NCBI GenBank assembly: GCA_051294905.1
Contig: CM119378.1
Location: forward strand, 15,190,001-15,254,000
Direction: 5' to 3'
From: Botryllus schlosseri
Lineage: Eukaryota
DNA: 64,000 bases
Shown: in pieces, positions 25,024 to 40,000 of the stretch
Layout: every line of letters starts with the position of its first letter
Numbering within the stretch: the stretch's first letter is position 1
Program-made: the position numbers and the translations under genes
The notes under the pieces: model-generated
The model's database searches: none
What the model was told of the DNA's origin: nothing
The model's input: the letters and a program-made list of their open reading frames with translations, nothing else

Positions 25024-28000
25024 CTAAACCGAGAAAACAATTTATTGGTCAAACATACGCCAAAACTACATTCTATTTAATAAAATAAATAGCATGAAAA
25101 GTAAATAGTTTCGCCCAAAAAATAATCTAAAAATGTAGACACTTGGACGTATTGCAAGTACGCAAAACAAACTTGAGTAATTCGAAAAAATAGAACTAAT
25201 TTTTAACTGACTCCCCGTGTGTATAATGATAGAGTCAGAAACTACATTTTACTCTTGAATAGTATATTCATTATTCATATTGCAATGAGCCGACGTCATA
25301 TTTCGTGATACGATTGTTGATATACAATATTATTTCCGATTCTCTATTAGTTGCTGACAATTACCACTGATGAGTGTTAGTCGAAAATATTTGGGTTCGT
25401 TTCAATATGAATGTAACATTCAATTGTATATTGAAGTGCTGTACCTCCAAGAAACTCTTCAAACATTCTACTTTGAAAAATCCAAAGCATAAAAAGTAGG
25501 CAGATTTACGTAAAAAGTAATCTAAAACATGATAACCCGCGTATAGAGTACACTTGTGTATTACGGAAATTTTATTCTTCACTGACTCCGCTGCATATAG
25601 ATCCCGATATATCAGTGCGAGGGGAGCGATAGGCATATGTAAACCAAGATAAGGGGGTAATGGGTCAAAAAAAGTTTGGGAACCACTGCGATACACCTTC
25701 ATTTTGGATTTCCCCATCTTTTCTGTACAATACATATCTTAGAATGAATCTACCGATGGCCGCATTTACCTTGTCGGCACGAAGGCATCTTAACACAATG
25801 ATCTTCTGAAAGTCATCCAAGTCCTCGTGCCATTGTCCCGGCTGGGGTTCTCTGTGCGGCTCCACGGAATCGAATATTCTTTTGAAACCGTCCAGATGGT
25901 TCTTGAAGTCTTTTGCGAATTCCGCAAACTTTGGCTAAAAGAAATTATCGAGTATGAGCGATGGAGACATTCAGTTCAATATGAGAAATTGGAGCTATTC
26001 TGCTACATTAGACTTGGAAGCAGCATATTGAATTCACAATATCAAAACTAGCTTGGTGTGTGGGAATAATGACCCGTCTACAATCTTTCGTTTCTAGATC
26101 AATACTACGAACCATCTACTTCTCTCTTTTCCGCGCTCACCTGCAATATGGAATCGCAGTATGGGGGAATGCATGCACAATATTTTTGTGCAGAATTTGA
26201 ACCCTGTAAAATCGTATGACACGGTTGATCTCATCTGTACCTTTACGTACCAAATTATCGCCTTACCACCTTAAGCATCGAATTCTGCGAGTTGACGAAC
26301 TATATCGCTTCGAAGTAGCAAAAGTTGTTCACAAATATTTTTTCAATAGTTTGCCTCCTGTGTTTGTTGACTTTTTCATACCTTCTAAAAATGTCCATTC
26401 GCACTACACGAGATCCTCGTCGAAGGGAAATATCTACCTACCCCCACCCAATAGCAATCTGACCAAGAGATCTATCGACTACCCAGGATCTATCATCTGA
26501 AATGCATTACCACCATACATCCGTGAATTGCCTTTTAATATATTAAAAAAAGACCTACTTAATCACCTTTTGTCGTTATATTAACACTGTTGCCCTACCT
26601 CGCCCAGACATTGCTTCATTGATCATTTGCTACCATCGTTTACTTTTCTTTTTGTTTTCGTTTTTTCAACTAAAAGGTTTTACAGCCAGACTGTATAGAG
26701 TCAAGTGTAACTGTTTGATGCTGGTGTGATCAGACTAGTTGACCCTTAAGGTCGTATCGATCATTCCTATCTAATACCGAATACTGTGCATGCATATTTT
26801 CTGTACTGCCATCATTGCCGTTTGTTGTTTTGTATTTTGGTTGGACCTCCAGAACTGAAAACTGTTATGTAGTAGTGGAAGTACTCTAAAATCATAATCT
26901 GTTTCAATCGATATTAAAATAGCCAGGTTTGCATCTAATCTCATCCTTAGCAATGACAATCCACAATTATCCACCACATCAAAACACTGCTACGTAACAA
27001 ATCCAGTCAAAGTCTCACCAAAGACGCGAGCATCAGAATATCTCCCCAAGAACGGTCCGAGATCCATTCCGTCGCGGGGTTGCTCAATTTTTCCAGCGTC
27101 ATGGTGCCACCGGCCAAGAGCCATCTCCATTCGTCCATGTCGATCAGATTTTCCATCATTTGGATGCGAGCCTGAATCAATAGCAGCGGGTCACTATAAA
27201 CGGTCAAAAATTCTGGGAAGAATACGATGTTAACATTTTGGTGCCAGCGTCGCAGATGGAAGAAATAACACATTTTTAATACCAAAACCGGACATGTGTA
27301 TAATACAGAAAACTGATGAAAGCTATCCCAAAAGTGCTTTTTACTTTACAGAATCCAAAGTGTGAATAAGTAGGTAGTTTAGCTTCAAAAACCGAAAAGT
27401 AGATGAGGAAGTAGTCTTAAATCATATCCATTTGAGTATGTAGTGCAAGAAGGCAAAACCTATTTGTGACTCGACATGGACTCGAGTCATTCGCATGACT
27501 CGGACCAACTCATTTGACTCGAGACTCAGACAGCCAAGACTGACATTTCATTGTAATTTCGAAGAAGAGTAACAACACTGTTGGCATTACGTCTATTGGT
27601 ACTGGTACTTGAAAATGCGACCAGAAACTGCTAAAAGGGAGGAAAATTAGTATATTATAAATGAGAACCATTCGAATCACCAAACAGAGTTATAAAAAGT
27701 TGGTTAACAAGACTTTAACTTGAAACTGAGCAGTCAACGCAATGACTTGGACTCGGACTCGACCCTCTGCTCGCTGACTTGGACTTGACTCGGTGGCGAA
27801 TTGAAAATGACTCAACTTGACTCGAGTCAAAACTACAAAAGTGAGATTGACTTGTGACTCGGAGCCTTGTGACTAGGTTACAACCCGGCACATCGTCAGT
27901 CTGATGACTACTTACACAAAGCAGGAACGCGAACATGAGCTTGTGACGTTCAAACAGGGAACGGCACACGTTCGAATACAGACTGAATGTGTTGTACTCG

Positions 28001-31000
28001 TTGATATTCTTGATTCTCTCTTCCACCGTATCTGTAACCGTATGGAACTTTCCAAAATTGTTCCAAATAGCAAGAAACAAAAATCTGTCACACCTGCGCG
28101 ATCGGCATTAGCGATACTGTTCAGGAAAATTCCGACAAACCACTCGAGAGAATACTGATACATGGGATCGATGTTGGCCAAGTCCGACACACAGAAGAAG
28201 AGAATCTGGGTACGGACGGCGACTGGAATGTACTGGGACCGGGTCTTGTCGATATCTTTTTCGGTCTGCTCCGCGATTTCCACTTTTGCCTACAGAAACA
28301 CCGAATGTTGTTAATATAGTCTCGTGCAGTAAATAATATGATATAGCAATTACTGCACGCTCTCGTAGAGAACTAGTAAATACCGGCTTACTAGACACAG
28401 AGTGTTTGCGTAGATTGTAGACCGCGACTCCCTACGTTTGACGCGCATATATGTGCAGCGCATAGTAGAAGAACGACCCTATATCTTATATGTTGGAAGA
28501 AGTTACACATAAGAAATCGCGGTGTTTCCAGGGGTCACGAAATTTCAAGCACGTGCAAGTACAGTGCACGCTTCAGTGCTGGGATTAGATCAGTGGTTCC
28601 CAACCTGGGGGTAAATTACCCCCCGGGGGTAATTTGGCATTTTTGGGGGGGTAAAAAGGGGTCGGATTTTAAGTAAAAAAATAATTGTTGTATTCATTGT
28701 TTTCTTCGTACTTTTGTGAAAAAAAATATAAAAATTCAAAGGTGACTTTCGTCAGTGGGTGTGCACAGCTTTTCCAAACTTCATAATGGCGCCGTCCTAT
28801 CATAGCAATTTACAGCGTAGCTGGCATGGAGAGTTCCATCTGAATACGATCGATGTTGTGGTTTACAGCGACACCTATCGCTAGCGTAATACTTTTTAGC
28901 CGTCATTCAGATTTCAGAACAGAGATGTAAACATTAGCCGTACTAACGCTGTCTTCCGATACTTGTGGAGATCATTTCAATAGTTGCTAAATTAGGATAT
29001 ATAAAAGCAATGTTTTCTTCTGTGTGATGACTGCATCTATTCTGCTGAAGCAGATTCCGAGTGTACATTATTCCAACGAGTGGAACCTGCCTGATTTTTT
29101 ACATTCTGTATATTTATATCCAGTTATTGCAAATACTCCAGAAAGAACATATTTACAGTGGCCATAATGTGACAACTTGATTGAACAGTGAGCAGTCCGA
29201 GCACTTATGTATGAACTACAGACTGACAATATGTGAACCAAGAATGAGTGCAAATTTTGCTGACCTAACTATAAAAGTTGAAATTCCAACTGCAACTCCA
29301 TACGCTGACAGATCAGTGACATCATTTTTCCAAAAATAGTCAAGTAACTTCTTCTACGATGATATGCGGAGGCTTCTGTGTTATACCGTGTATTTATCGA
29401 CGGTTGTGTAAATGCGCATTGCGCAACGACGTGAACTACCGTACTGGTATTGGGATACGCGTTACAGCACGGCTCATCTCCGCTCAGTGGCGTCACAATC
29501 ATACGAAAAGTTAATCGGCGATTGTCGGCCGGCGACCCCATTGTGTGAAACAATGACGATTTAAGACTTTGAAGTCAATTTTCAGAGGGTTTCAGTTCCC
29601 GGGCCGGATTTCCACTTATGTTTTTGGAATCAGTGCGAAATTTGCTTTCGATTGATACCAGTTTCATTTACTTTTGTGCTCTGGTCCCAGCTGGAAGATT
29701 ACCCAGAAACACACTAAAGCAGGTTGAAGCAGCAGCATCTGTACGCCACCACTGGAGGCAGTGCAAAACGCAACATTGCTTACGGAGTTTCCATGCCAGC
29801 TACGCTGTAAATTGCTATGGTCCTATACTTCTTGAAGTTGTTTTTTTTCCTCCGTGACTGCTCTCATAGCTCATAGGTCAGTTTATAATTGAGTTTGTTA
29901 GAGATTTTATTCTTTGTGTGATAAAAGTTCCTTATTACCACATTACTTCACCTTAGCATTTGATGCACTCTAATCATCCGCTTTTTACGCTCCTCAGAAG
30001 AACTGTCATTATGCCGGGCAAGAAGCGACATTATGCAGAGGCGTTTTTGAATCACGGCTTTGTAAACACACCACAACTGAATGGTGACGATCGACCACAG
30101 TGTGTCATTTGTCTCAAAGTTTTGACCAACGAAAGCCTAAAGCCGTCAAAACTGAACGAGCACCTCATGAAGCGTCATCCGCTACTGGCCGGAAAGAGTC
30201 GAGGATACTTTGAGGGCAAATCGAAGCAACTTCGAGGCATTCAATTTGGATCAGGTGGCATGGCTTCGGAGAAGCTAACGGCCGCTGTTGAAGTTTCGTA
30301 CGAGGTGGCATACCGAATTGCAAAAAGTTCCAAGAACCACACAATCGCAGAAGACCTTATTATGCCTTGTACCAAGTTGATCGTTTCCAAAATGTGTGGG
30401 GAAGATCAGGCCAAGAAGCTGGAAGGAGTATCAGTCTCGAACACCACAATTCGAAGAAGGGTTGATGATCTTGCAGCTGACATCCTTGCCCAAGTCGTTG
30501 CCGAAGTGAAGGCAAGTCCTCACAAAATGTTTTCTCTCCAGTTCGATGAATCCACGGATGTAAGCAGCTGCGCAGTTTTACTCGGATACGTTCGATACAT
30601 TCACGAGTACTCTGTCAAGGAGGAATTTTTGCTTGCCAAGAACTTGAAGACAACAACGAAAGGAGAAGATATCTTCAACCTTGTGAACGATTTCTTGGGC
30701 ATGCACGGTTTGGAGTGGAACAATGTGCAGCAAATCTCTGTTGACGGCTGTCCCGCTATGATGGGTGGAAACCGCGGTTTCAGGGGCTTTGTGCAGCGGG
30801 AAAACTCGGACATTCATGTGGATCATTGCGCACTGCACCGCTACTCGCTTGCGTCCAAATCTCTGCCGGAGAGCTTGAAAATAGTGTTCGACCAAGCAGT
30901 GAAGGTTGTAAACTTCATAAAAGCGAAGGAGTTGAACAGTCGTCTTTTCAAGGAACTGTGCAAGGAGATGGGGCAAAAATATGAGGCATTACTGTACCAC

Positions 31001-34000
31001 ACAGAGGTGCGATGGCTATCTCGTGGCAAAGTGATCACCCGTTTGTTTGAACTTCGTGAGGCTGTTGAGATTTTCTTGATAGAAAAGAAGTCGGGCTTGG
31101 CCGAATACTTTTCAGACCCCCATTGGATTGCCCAGCTTGGCTACCTGGCCGATATTTTTGTTGAGTTGAACAAAGGGAATCTGTCAATTCAAGGCAAGTG
31201 TGTGACTGTGATCCACTCGAAAGAAGCTGTAGCAGCATTTATCGCGAAGATGAAGTTGTGGATTAAGCGGGTCAACAGAGGTGTACTGGCACAGTTTCCA
31301 ACGCTCGACATGTATCTCGAAGGCCTGGAGACAGAGAATGAACCCGACTTCACAGAGGCGTTGAAAGGGAACATAGCTGACCACTTGGGACAGCTAGTCG
31401 AGAAAATGGAAGAATATTTTCCGGATTTGGACACCACTAACATGGGATGGCTAACTGAACCGTTCAGGTGTCTTGACAGCCAAGTGGACGACGATGACTT
31501 TCCCGCCAAGGAGGAATTCATCGCCCTCAGAATGAGTGAGGCCTTGAAAATTGATTTCAAAGAAAAGAATTTGGATGCATTCTGGATAGAAAGACTTCAG
31601 GATGCACCAACATTGGCCACACGGGCATTGAATGTTCTCATCTCCTTTTCGACATCATATCGTTGCGAACAAGGATTTTCGACCATTGTAGGGTTGAAAA
31701 CCAAAAAGCGGAATCGCCTGGATGTCGAAAACGACGCAAGAATTGCCCTCAGTACAACCAAACCCAGAATTGCAAAGCTAGTGGTAGATATGCAAGCTCA
31801 ACCTTCGCACTGATTGAATATTATCTTTGTCATTCCACGACAGTTGTCTTGGTGTTTGCTATCCCTTGCTTGCATTTGTTCCTTGGCAACGAACGTCTGC
31901 AGCCTTTTTCCACTGATAAACCAATTTATTTCTCTTTCAAACTTGATGTCGCTTTTTCTCAGGTCGGTCTCTCCCTCAGGTAAAACTCCCATCCTGGACT
32001 GGACGATCGTTTTTGAGTGTTTAGTGATGAAACGTGGTTTTGATGGAAGAGGGGGGTAAAAACCTGTCTGGAAAGTCTGGTTTTGGGTAACGGGGAGAAA
32101 AAGGTTGGGAACCACTGGATTAGATTAATATGCGTAACATTACTCAAAATATAAATTTTTTCATACCAGTTCCGTGCAAACCTTCCTTCACAAATTATGA
32201 TACACCTAACATAATATACCAGTGAATATATTGATAATGAACACCAAAGGCGGGCTAATTGGTTCCACTACGACAAAGCGAAACAGATTTCAGCATGTAT
32301 TTTACTAGAAGATACAACAGTATTCAAAGGGAAATGGTAAAACCAACAGTTTTGCTGAACATTTTGGAAACTGGCCCGATTCAAAAGCATGTCACGTCAA
32401 AACAAAATTAAGTGAGACTGCCAGAAATTGACGATAACTAGGGCGATTTTTGACCTAGAAAATGACAGATTTTGACCTAAAAAAAAATCAAAATTTCGAC
32501 TTTTATTGACCTTTAAAAACTTAATTCTGACCACACGCAAGTAAAGTAGGTGTTTTCCCACAAAATCTTAGAATTACACTACTAATCTTCATTTCTGGCT
32601 GGAACTGTCTGTCCTTATGAAGTAGTTAGGCCTGAAAAAGCTTATTTGACTTAAAAACTGACAAATTTTTAAATGAAAAAACTTTATTTAAACGAAATCT
32701 GGACCTATGAACAATTCCAGTAGTTATATCACGCATTACGGGAGAATTAATTAAAATTTGCTGTAGTACAACGAAAGATACTTTCCCACATTCTCGGGTA
32801 GAAAGTGTCTGTCCTTACTAAGTAGCTTGCCAAGAATGGAGAAAGAACGTTCAATTTTTCATCAAGCGCTTGTTGATATAAAAAACCAATGCCCATTGCC
32901 CACACAGATTTGCTTCAGTTAGGATATTGCTGTACGTTGAGCATAACACCATGCCAACCTATTTGTTTCATTTGGCCGTTTATGATTCACCATGAGCAGA
33001 CAATGGGCCGTCTACAACGGTAGGCCGATAAATTGGGCTACAGGCTGTAAAATATCAATGATAAGTTTACCCACAGTGCAAACATCTACGATACAGACGA
33101 AATGCCGGTTGCAAAAAAATATTGACTTCGTAACCAATTTTGACATGTTTTGACCTAACGCCACAATTTTGACGAAATTTTATTGACATTTTTTGACATG
33201 TCGAAACAAAATCGCCCTAATGATAACCATTGGAGTCCATGATATTCAGGTAGTATTTCCTCACTTTTCAGTTGAATTCAAGCATTGATTTTGTATTCCA
33301 ATGATTTGTCAGATCAGTAGAGCACGCAATAACTGGTTTTGAACTAAGCATGGTTCAGAACCAAAGATTCGCGTCATGTCTGACAGCGCGCAAATGTTTG
33401 CAGATTTCGCATTCAAATCAAACTGCGGACCTTAATTTCTCCGGCCTTGATTTTCGAGGCCTCCAACACTTGAATCAGCTCCACGTTGTCCACGGGATTG
33501 CCCTCGGTGGCGCTGAGACGATACAGGATCTCGTCTTCGATCTCCTTCAGTTCCTGCTTCATTTTCGCGTTGGTTATGATCAGCTGATTCTTGGCTTCTT
33601 CCAGATCAGGACGCTCCTCGGCCACGACGCGACCGAGAAGCTGATCCTCCAAGCCACTGGAAATGAAAGGGGGTTGTTATCATCTGTGAGGGCTTGGAGG
33701 AAGAGTTGAGAAATTATAACTGAAGAAATGCGCGCTATAAATTTTACAAAGGGTTAAGAAGCGTTGAAGCAAGAGTGAACTCAATACCACACAAAGAGAT
33801 GGAGTAGAATGGTAATAATAATCGAATACGGTTGCTGTGGAACATAGTTTTTAGTTTTTCAGAAGGAAGTCCCTCAAAAAATGACTGGCTGCCCAAACGT
33901 GAAAGTTCTGAAAAAATGGCGTCTCGGCTTGTCAAAAAATATGTTTCTGGAGTAAAAGTTTGAAATCTCCGATTCCAACCTTGGCGCCAGGGTGAAGTTG

Positions 34001-37000
34001 ACCACTGTGACTTTGACAGAGACTTCTGGCGTGTAATGCGGATTTGGAAGCTTCGTTGTGATGTACAGCTTGAAGTCGTCGTGATACGGAATCACTGCGT
34101 CGCCGAGCTTGATAACGAGACCGCCTTGTTGCTTGAAAGTCTGTGAAGAAAAGATAAATTACAGACCGATGATATCATTATTCCACAGTTGAGTGTTAAG
34201 TGACATAAAAACATTGCCTTATAACCAAGGGACAATAGTTTCTTTGCGCATAAAAGCTCACTATGTCTGCACTTTGGAATATTACTTACCTGCTTCAATA
34301 AGATCGGTTCCAAGGCCGGGTCCAATTCCTCCATTACATTCTCCAGCATCATCGGCTTGCCGAAACGCACCGCGTTTTCCAAACTCCGCAAGAAGTCCCT
34401 ATCCGTTAATTTGATTATGTCCAACCCGTTATCTCTCTCCATGTTCTTGACCCATTTGTTGGCCTGTAACAAATTGCTCGGTAAGTTCCGATCACTGTCC
34501 AAGTACGCATCATAAACAGTAAGTATCACCCACCTGTCCCTGAGGGTCGATAAACAGCGGCCATCTTTGCGAGTACTGCACGATAACACCATTTTCCACG
34601 CTCAAATTGTCGCGGGGCAATCCGCAAATCTGCCAGCTTCTGATTTTCACGGGATCGCTGAGGGTGCTGATCAATGTCGGCGATTCAGTACGCGGAACTT
34701 TATTATCGTCCAAAGCTGCTTTCCACTCAGTGAGTAGGTCATGACGATATTCTCCCTGCAATTCAAGGTCACAATAGTTAAGAACAGCACAAGTATGGTT
34801 AGCGCAGCTATCCAAATCAGAGACAGAGAGAAATATTTATTGATTCGTTGAACCGTTAAGAAAATAACATTGACGCATGAAATAATAACAAGATACTTAA
34901 CGGTGTAAGACAGGGTGTAATCGATATGACTCTGGGTAGGGTCAACTAGTCTGATCACACCCTGAATTCAACAATTACAGATTTCCTTTATAAATTTGGT
35001 TGCAGTTGGTTGGGATCAATAAATTCAGCATAGCATAAAATAAATAATAACAATAACATGGAAAATTGTTGTGAGACAAGTAGTGTCAGTAATAGGAGAT
35101 AAGGTGTCTGAATAATTCTTTTTTGAATAAGTGGTATGGAAGGTCTCGTATAGATGTAGGTATAGTATTCCAAATAACAGGACCGGCATGTTCGATTGAT
35201 TTCTTTGTGAGGTTACTGGTGGGCGGGCGTATATAAATGTTGCCCTTGGAAGAAAGTCTGGTATTGAGGGAGTGTACACTTCCAGCAAGAACGAAGAAAT
35301 GATTGAAGACAGGAGGCAAGTCATTCGAAAAATATTGATGCATAAATTTTGCTACTTCAAATACAAATATATCATCAAATTTCAAGATTCTGTGTTTGCG
35401 GCAGAACTGGGATAGTCTGGTTCGAAGAGACAAGCCGGCCATCAAGCGCATGGCGCGGTTTTGCAGGGTTCGAATTTTAGAGCAATGTGAGGTGCAAGCA
35501 TTACCCCAAACAATAATGCCATACTGTGGATAGGAGCAGAAAAGTTTCTACTCCTAGGTACAGACCTAGGAGCTATGTGCTTGAGTCGGGTCATTACACC
35601 AACAAATCTAGAAAGCTGAGTAATGGTATGAGTAATATGAGGTTTCCATGACAATTTAGAGTCGATGACGATTCCAAGATATTTTGCTGAGTCACAAAGG
35701 GAAATACCAAATATGGTTGTTATTCAGATTCACAGAGCTAATCTACTGTATTCAGAGAAAATATCATCGAATTCAATAGTATTTGAGTACTATTTAACCA
35801 AGACACTGTTCAAGATCATTCCTTTAGAAAGCATACGATAGATGTAAAAACCAAATTATCGAATGCAGTTTGACTAGTAGTGCTGTAAAAGGGTGCGTCT
35901 GACCATTGCAGTGATATTGCTATTGTAAATTATTGCTCTAATTATAACCACCGATACAAAACGTACTGTGGTTTCCAACATTTTTTCCGGCCTCAGAGGG
36001 ATCTATTTCAGGCCATGGGATGGCATTTCAATACTGATGTCCATTATTTATACAAGACTGTTTCCAGTCAGCATAAGGAGCCACCATTGATATCAGCATC
36101 ATATTATTAACATATTATCGATTGAAGATACCATTTGTACTATTACGTTGCGAAAATAACAAAACGAAAATGAATTACCGTGAACGCTCCCAGGTAGGCG
36201 ACAGTTCCCGCGGAAACCATGACATCACCGATGATGTTGTCGATCATATGGTTCAGCGAAGTCACGGTCTCGTGCCAACGGATCTTTTCGTCGGCCAGTC
36301 CGTTGATCAGTTTGTCTGCCCTGATCAGTCTGTCCTCGCACTGTTTGCATTTCGCTTCCAAGTCCTCTTTTTTATTGACGCCTGTGCAAAGAGAGTGAAA
36401 TAAAATCCCCCCGATAGCAAATAGTTTGGTGGTTCTCATTCTTTTCAAGTTGATGACCATCATACTTTGGGATTGTTCAGTTAAGTTCGGTTTATTATTA
36501 TTAATTTGATCTTTTCAAAACACCACAAGATCCCGATACAATGAAAAGGTAGATTCGTGAACCTTCAAAAATCGCATCCAACCCAATAAGTAATTATGCC
36601 AAATGTAAGCTGCTAATATGCAAATATTGAAAACTTCAATTCAATGAGAAATTTGCTGGTGCCCTTTCGATATTATCCATGTTATACGTGGTTTAACTGA
36701 AGTGTCTACAAGGCGAAGTACTTTTAAAAATCACTAACTTAGTTTTGTATGTTCAGTTTCTTTTGAAGGATCTGCGTCTTTTTTGTTAGCTAACCTCTAT
36801 TATACTACCGAATATCGCTAGATGGTACTGTCGAAATTCAACGACTTTCCGTTTAGAAATCATCTTAGCTTTCACATATTACTGGTCTTAAACGAGTGGT
36901 AAGTTATTTTCAAACAGTTTGGTACAATGCTTGCGGTATTGTGACACACGATAGGTCCAAAGTCGACCATGGACTCTTCATTACAACATGATGCAATAAT

Positions 37001-40000
37001 ACGTTTTAAACTTCTAAATCAATTCAAAACTCAAAGTTTCATGTGACTATTTACGGATTAACTTACAGAGCGTGTACTTTTCTTGCAACGTCGCTATTCC
37101 CTGTTCAACCTCCGCCAGTTTGGATTTGGCTTCGTTTAAAATCTTTTCCGTCGCCTTCAGCTCTTCCTGCGCCTCAGCCAGGGCTGCGCGCTTAGGGGCC
37201 ACGGACTTGGCGACGAAATGATATCTGCGATCGACAAACATCGTATCCGTTATATGAAAAACTCAAGTATCTGGCTGATTTGATTCCAAGTCAAGCATTC
37301 GAGCATCACCAACTACACGGCCATAGATAGTAAGAACGAAATGTAATTTTTAACATTGAATAGTATATTCATATTGAAGTAGACGATTACCCCTAACGAG
37401 TGTCAGCCAAAAACATTCGGGTTCATTTCAATATGAATATTCTATTCAATTGTATATTGAAGTTCTGTACCTTCAAGAAGATCTTCAAATTCTTAACATG
37501 TAATTTCATATGATTGCAGCTACCCTTATCAAAATAAAGATTTTCATATTGAAAACTATAACCATGGCAAAGCGCCCCATGACAACACTGCGGGTTGATC
37601 TCTACGCAAAAAATACAGTCTCCATAAACAAGTGCAGGACCATACTACATGTCTTTGATGCTAATCGAACTTTGGAGCCTTTCAAGATGCAAAGAGGGTG
37701 AAAAAAACAATATTTACTGCAGATAAAATGGTATATTATTTCAGCAGTATATTATTTCTGTACTCAATATAAACGACTTACCCTAATTGACCCAAATCAT
37801 TACAATTGATATTCAACTAGGATCTGAGTTGAAATTTGTGAATACGAAAACTCTTTGAGACACAGAACTTCAGTTTACGACTGAATAATATATTGATGTT
37901 GATATAAGCCCAATACTTTCGGAGAATTGAAAAGAACATTGTACGTCAACATTTTACTAGTTGCCGGCGATCACGGCAGAAAAGTGTCAGCCGAGTATAT
38001 TCGTGTTGATTTCAACAGGAAAAAGAGAGCGACTGTGTCGTATCTTGAGAATAAAAGGCGATTACTTACTTGTGCATGGCTCGCACCCATTGACAAATAG
38101 AGGTGCAGGCCTTTGAGACTTTTGCGATGGCCGCCGGCATGAAATCGTCGTTGTCAATGTACGGTTGAATTTTCGTGATGACAGAGTCGGGAATGTTGTC
38201 GCGGTCAAACTTGAACAGAGACTCCAGGAACTGCGAAAAAATAACGCAGGAATTTGCGGAACTGCGGACGTCTAGGATTTTGAAGCTCTCTCACTTTGCC
38301 AGGGTCTTGCAGCAACGCCTTGCCGGGCTCCCAATAGTCGTCGACCTTGGTGCCCATTTTTTCTCCTGCTACTTTCTTCGGCTTGACTTCTTTCATGATG
38401 GAGACGGCGTCGATGACCAGCCTTACACCGGCGGGTGGCCTCATCATCGCTCTGACCTGGACACAAATAATGGCAAAGTGATATTTTCATATCTTTCCAC
38501 CGATTAAGATGGAGCGCGAGTACTAGTAACTTCCTTGGTAAGATAGTAGGGTGAATAAGCACAGATTACACTGAAGTGCTGTATGTTTTGAAATAACCCA
38601 TCTATATTGATCTGTTGAATGCAGATGTAGTTATTATTGAACGATAACTGATTTTTAGGAACGCCTGAGGTTGGATACGACTTTACGTTACTCAGATCAT
38701 GCCGTTATCATTAGTGATGGAGACTTCACAAGTTGAATGAATGTTTAGCAAGTCAAAAATTTTTTGCCACCTGCATTTCGTTTGTATCGTAAATGTTTGC
38801 ACTGTCGGTGAACTTATCATTTGATATTTTACAGCTTGTAGCCTACTTTATAGGCCTAACGTTGTAGACGGCCATATCTGCTCATTGTGAATCATAAACG
38901 GCCAAATGAAACAAATGGGTTGACGTAGTGTTATGCTGAAAGTACCGCAATATCCTAACTGAAACAAGACTGCCTGCGCATTGGTTCTTACATCAAGAAG
39001 CTACTTAGTAAGGCCAGACACTTTTTACCCGAGAAGGTAGGAAAGTATCTTTCGTTGTAATACAACAAATATTAATTATTTCTACCATAATGCATGAAGT
39101 AACTACTGGAATTCTTCACAGGTCCAGATTTCGCTAAAATACAGTTTTTTAATGCAAAAATTTGTCAGTTTTCAAGTCAAAGTTTTTTCAGATCAAACTA
39201 CTTCGTAAAGACAGACAGTTCCAACCAGAAATGAAGATAAGTAATGCAATTCTAACATTTTGTAGGAAAACACCTAATTTACATACATGAGGTCAAAATT
39301 TGGTCAAAATTAAGTTTTTTAAGGTCAAAAAATGTCAAAATCTTGAGTTTTCAGGTTAAAATCTCCCCTTTTTAGATAAAAACAAAATCCCCCTAGTTAT
39401 GAGTAGAGCATGACCGATCTATCGTGTCAACATCTGTCTGTAGAGATATTGAAATATATTCATGTGTTATCACCGCTGCAATTGTCCAAGTGATAGGGTA
39501 TTCGGTACTGTTGGAATGCTTTCTGATGACTGCAGGTGTTCACTTCTTTATGATAATGATAAAAAGTTATGTTTCCTGAACTAGGAATAAACCTGTTGGA
39601 TGGTTTGAGTTTTATTGTACATAAATGAAGTTTTTGCGAGATATATTTTCTAATCACTGCCGCTAGTTAGAAGTACCTGTTCAAAATGGTGTTCCTATGC
39701 GTGAAACACTTGTGTTTACGATATTTCAAACCCGAGTTATATACCTCAATGACATCGTTCTTGTTGAGCGACTTTAAACTGGTCAAAGCAGCCTCCAAAG
39801 CAGGCAACGCTTCGTCCAAATCTCTCTGCGCGTCTTCGGCTATCGCTTTGGATTTCTCCGCCTGTACTGACGCCTCGGCTTCCTGCTTCTGTACGACGAC
39901 TTGGGTTTCTTTCGCGACGACCTGCGTATTTGCGGGTAGCCGTTGAAATCGAAATTTGTGTCGTTGAGCCGACTGAATTTTCTCACCGTGTCTGTTTTGA

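Noticed and set aside
30578-31560. Minus-strand ORFs inside the transposon (30578-30976, 31189-31560 and others)
   Set aside because: They are antisense shadows of the transposase
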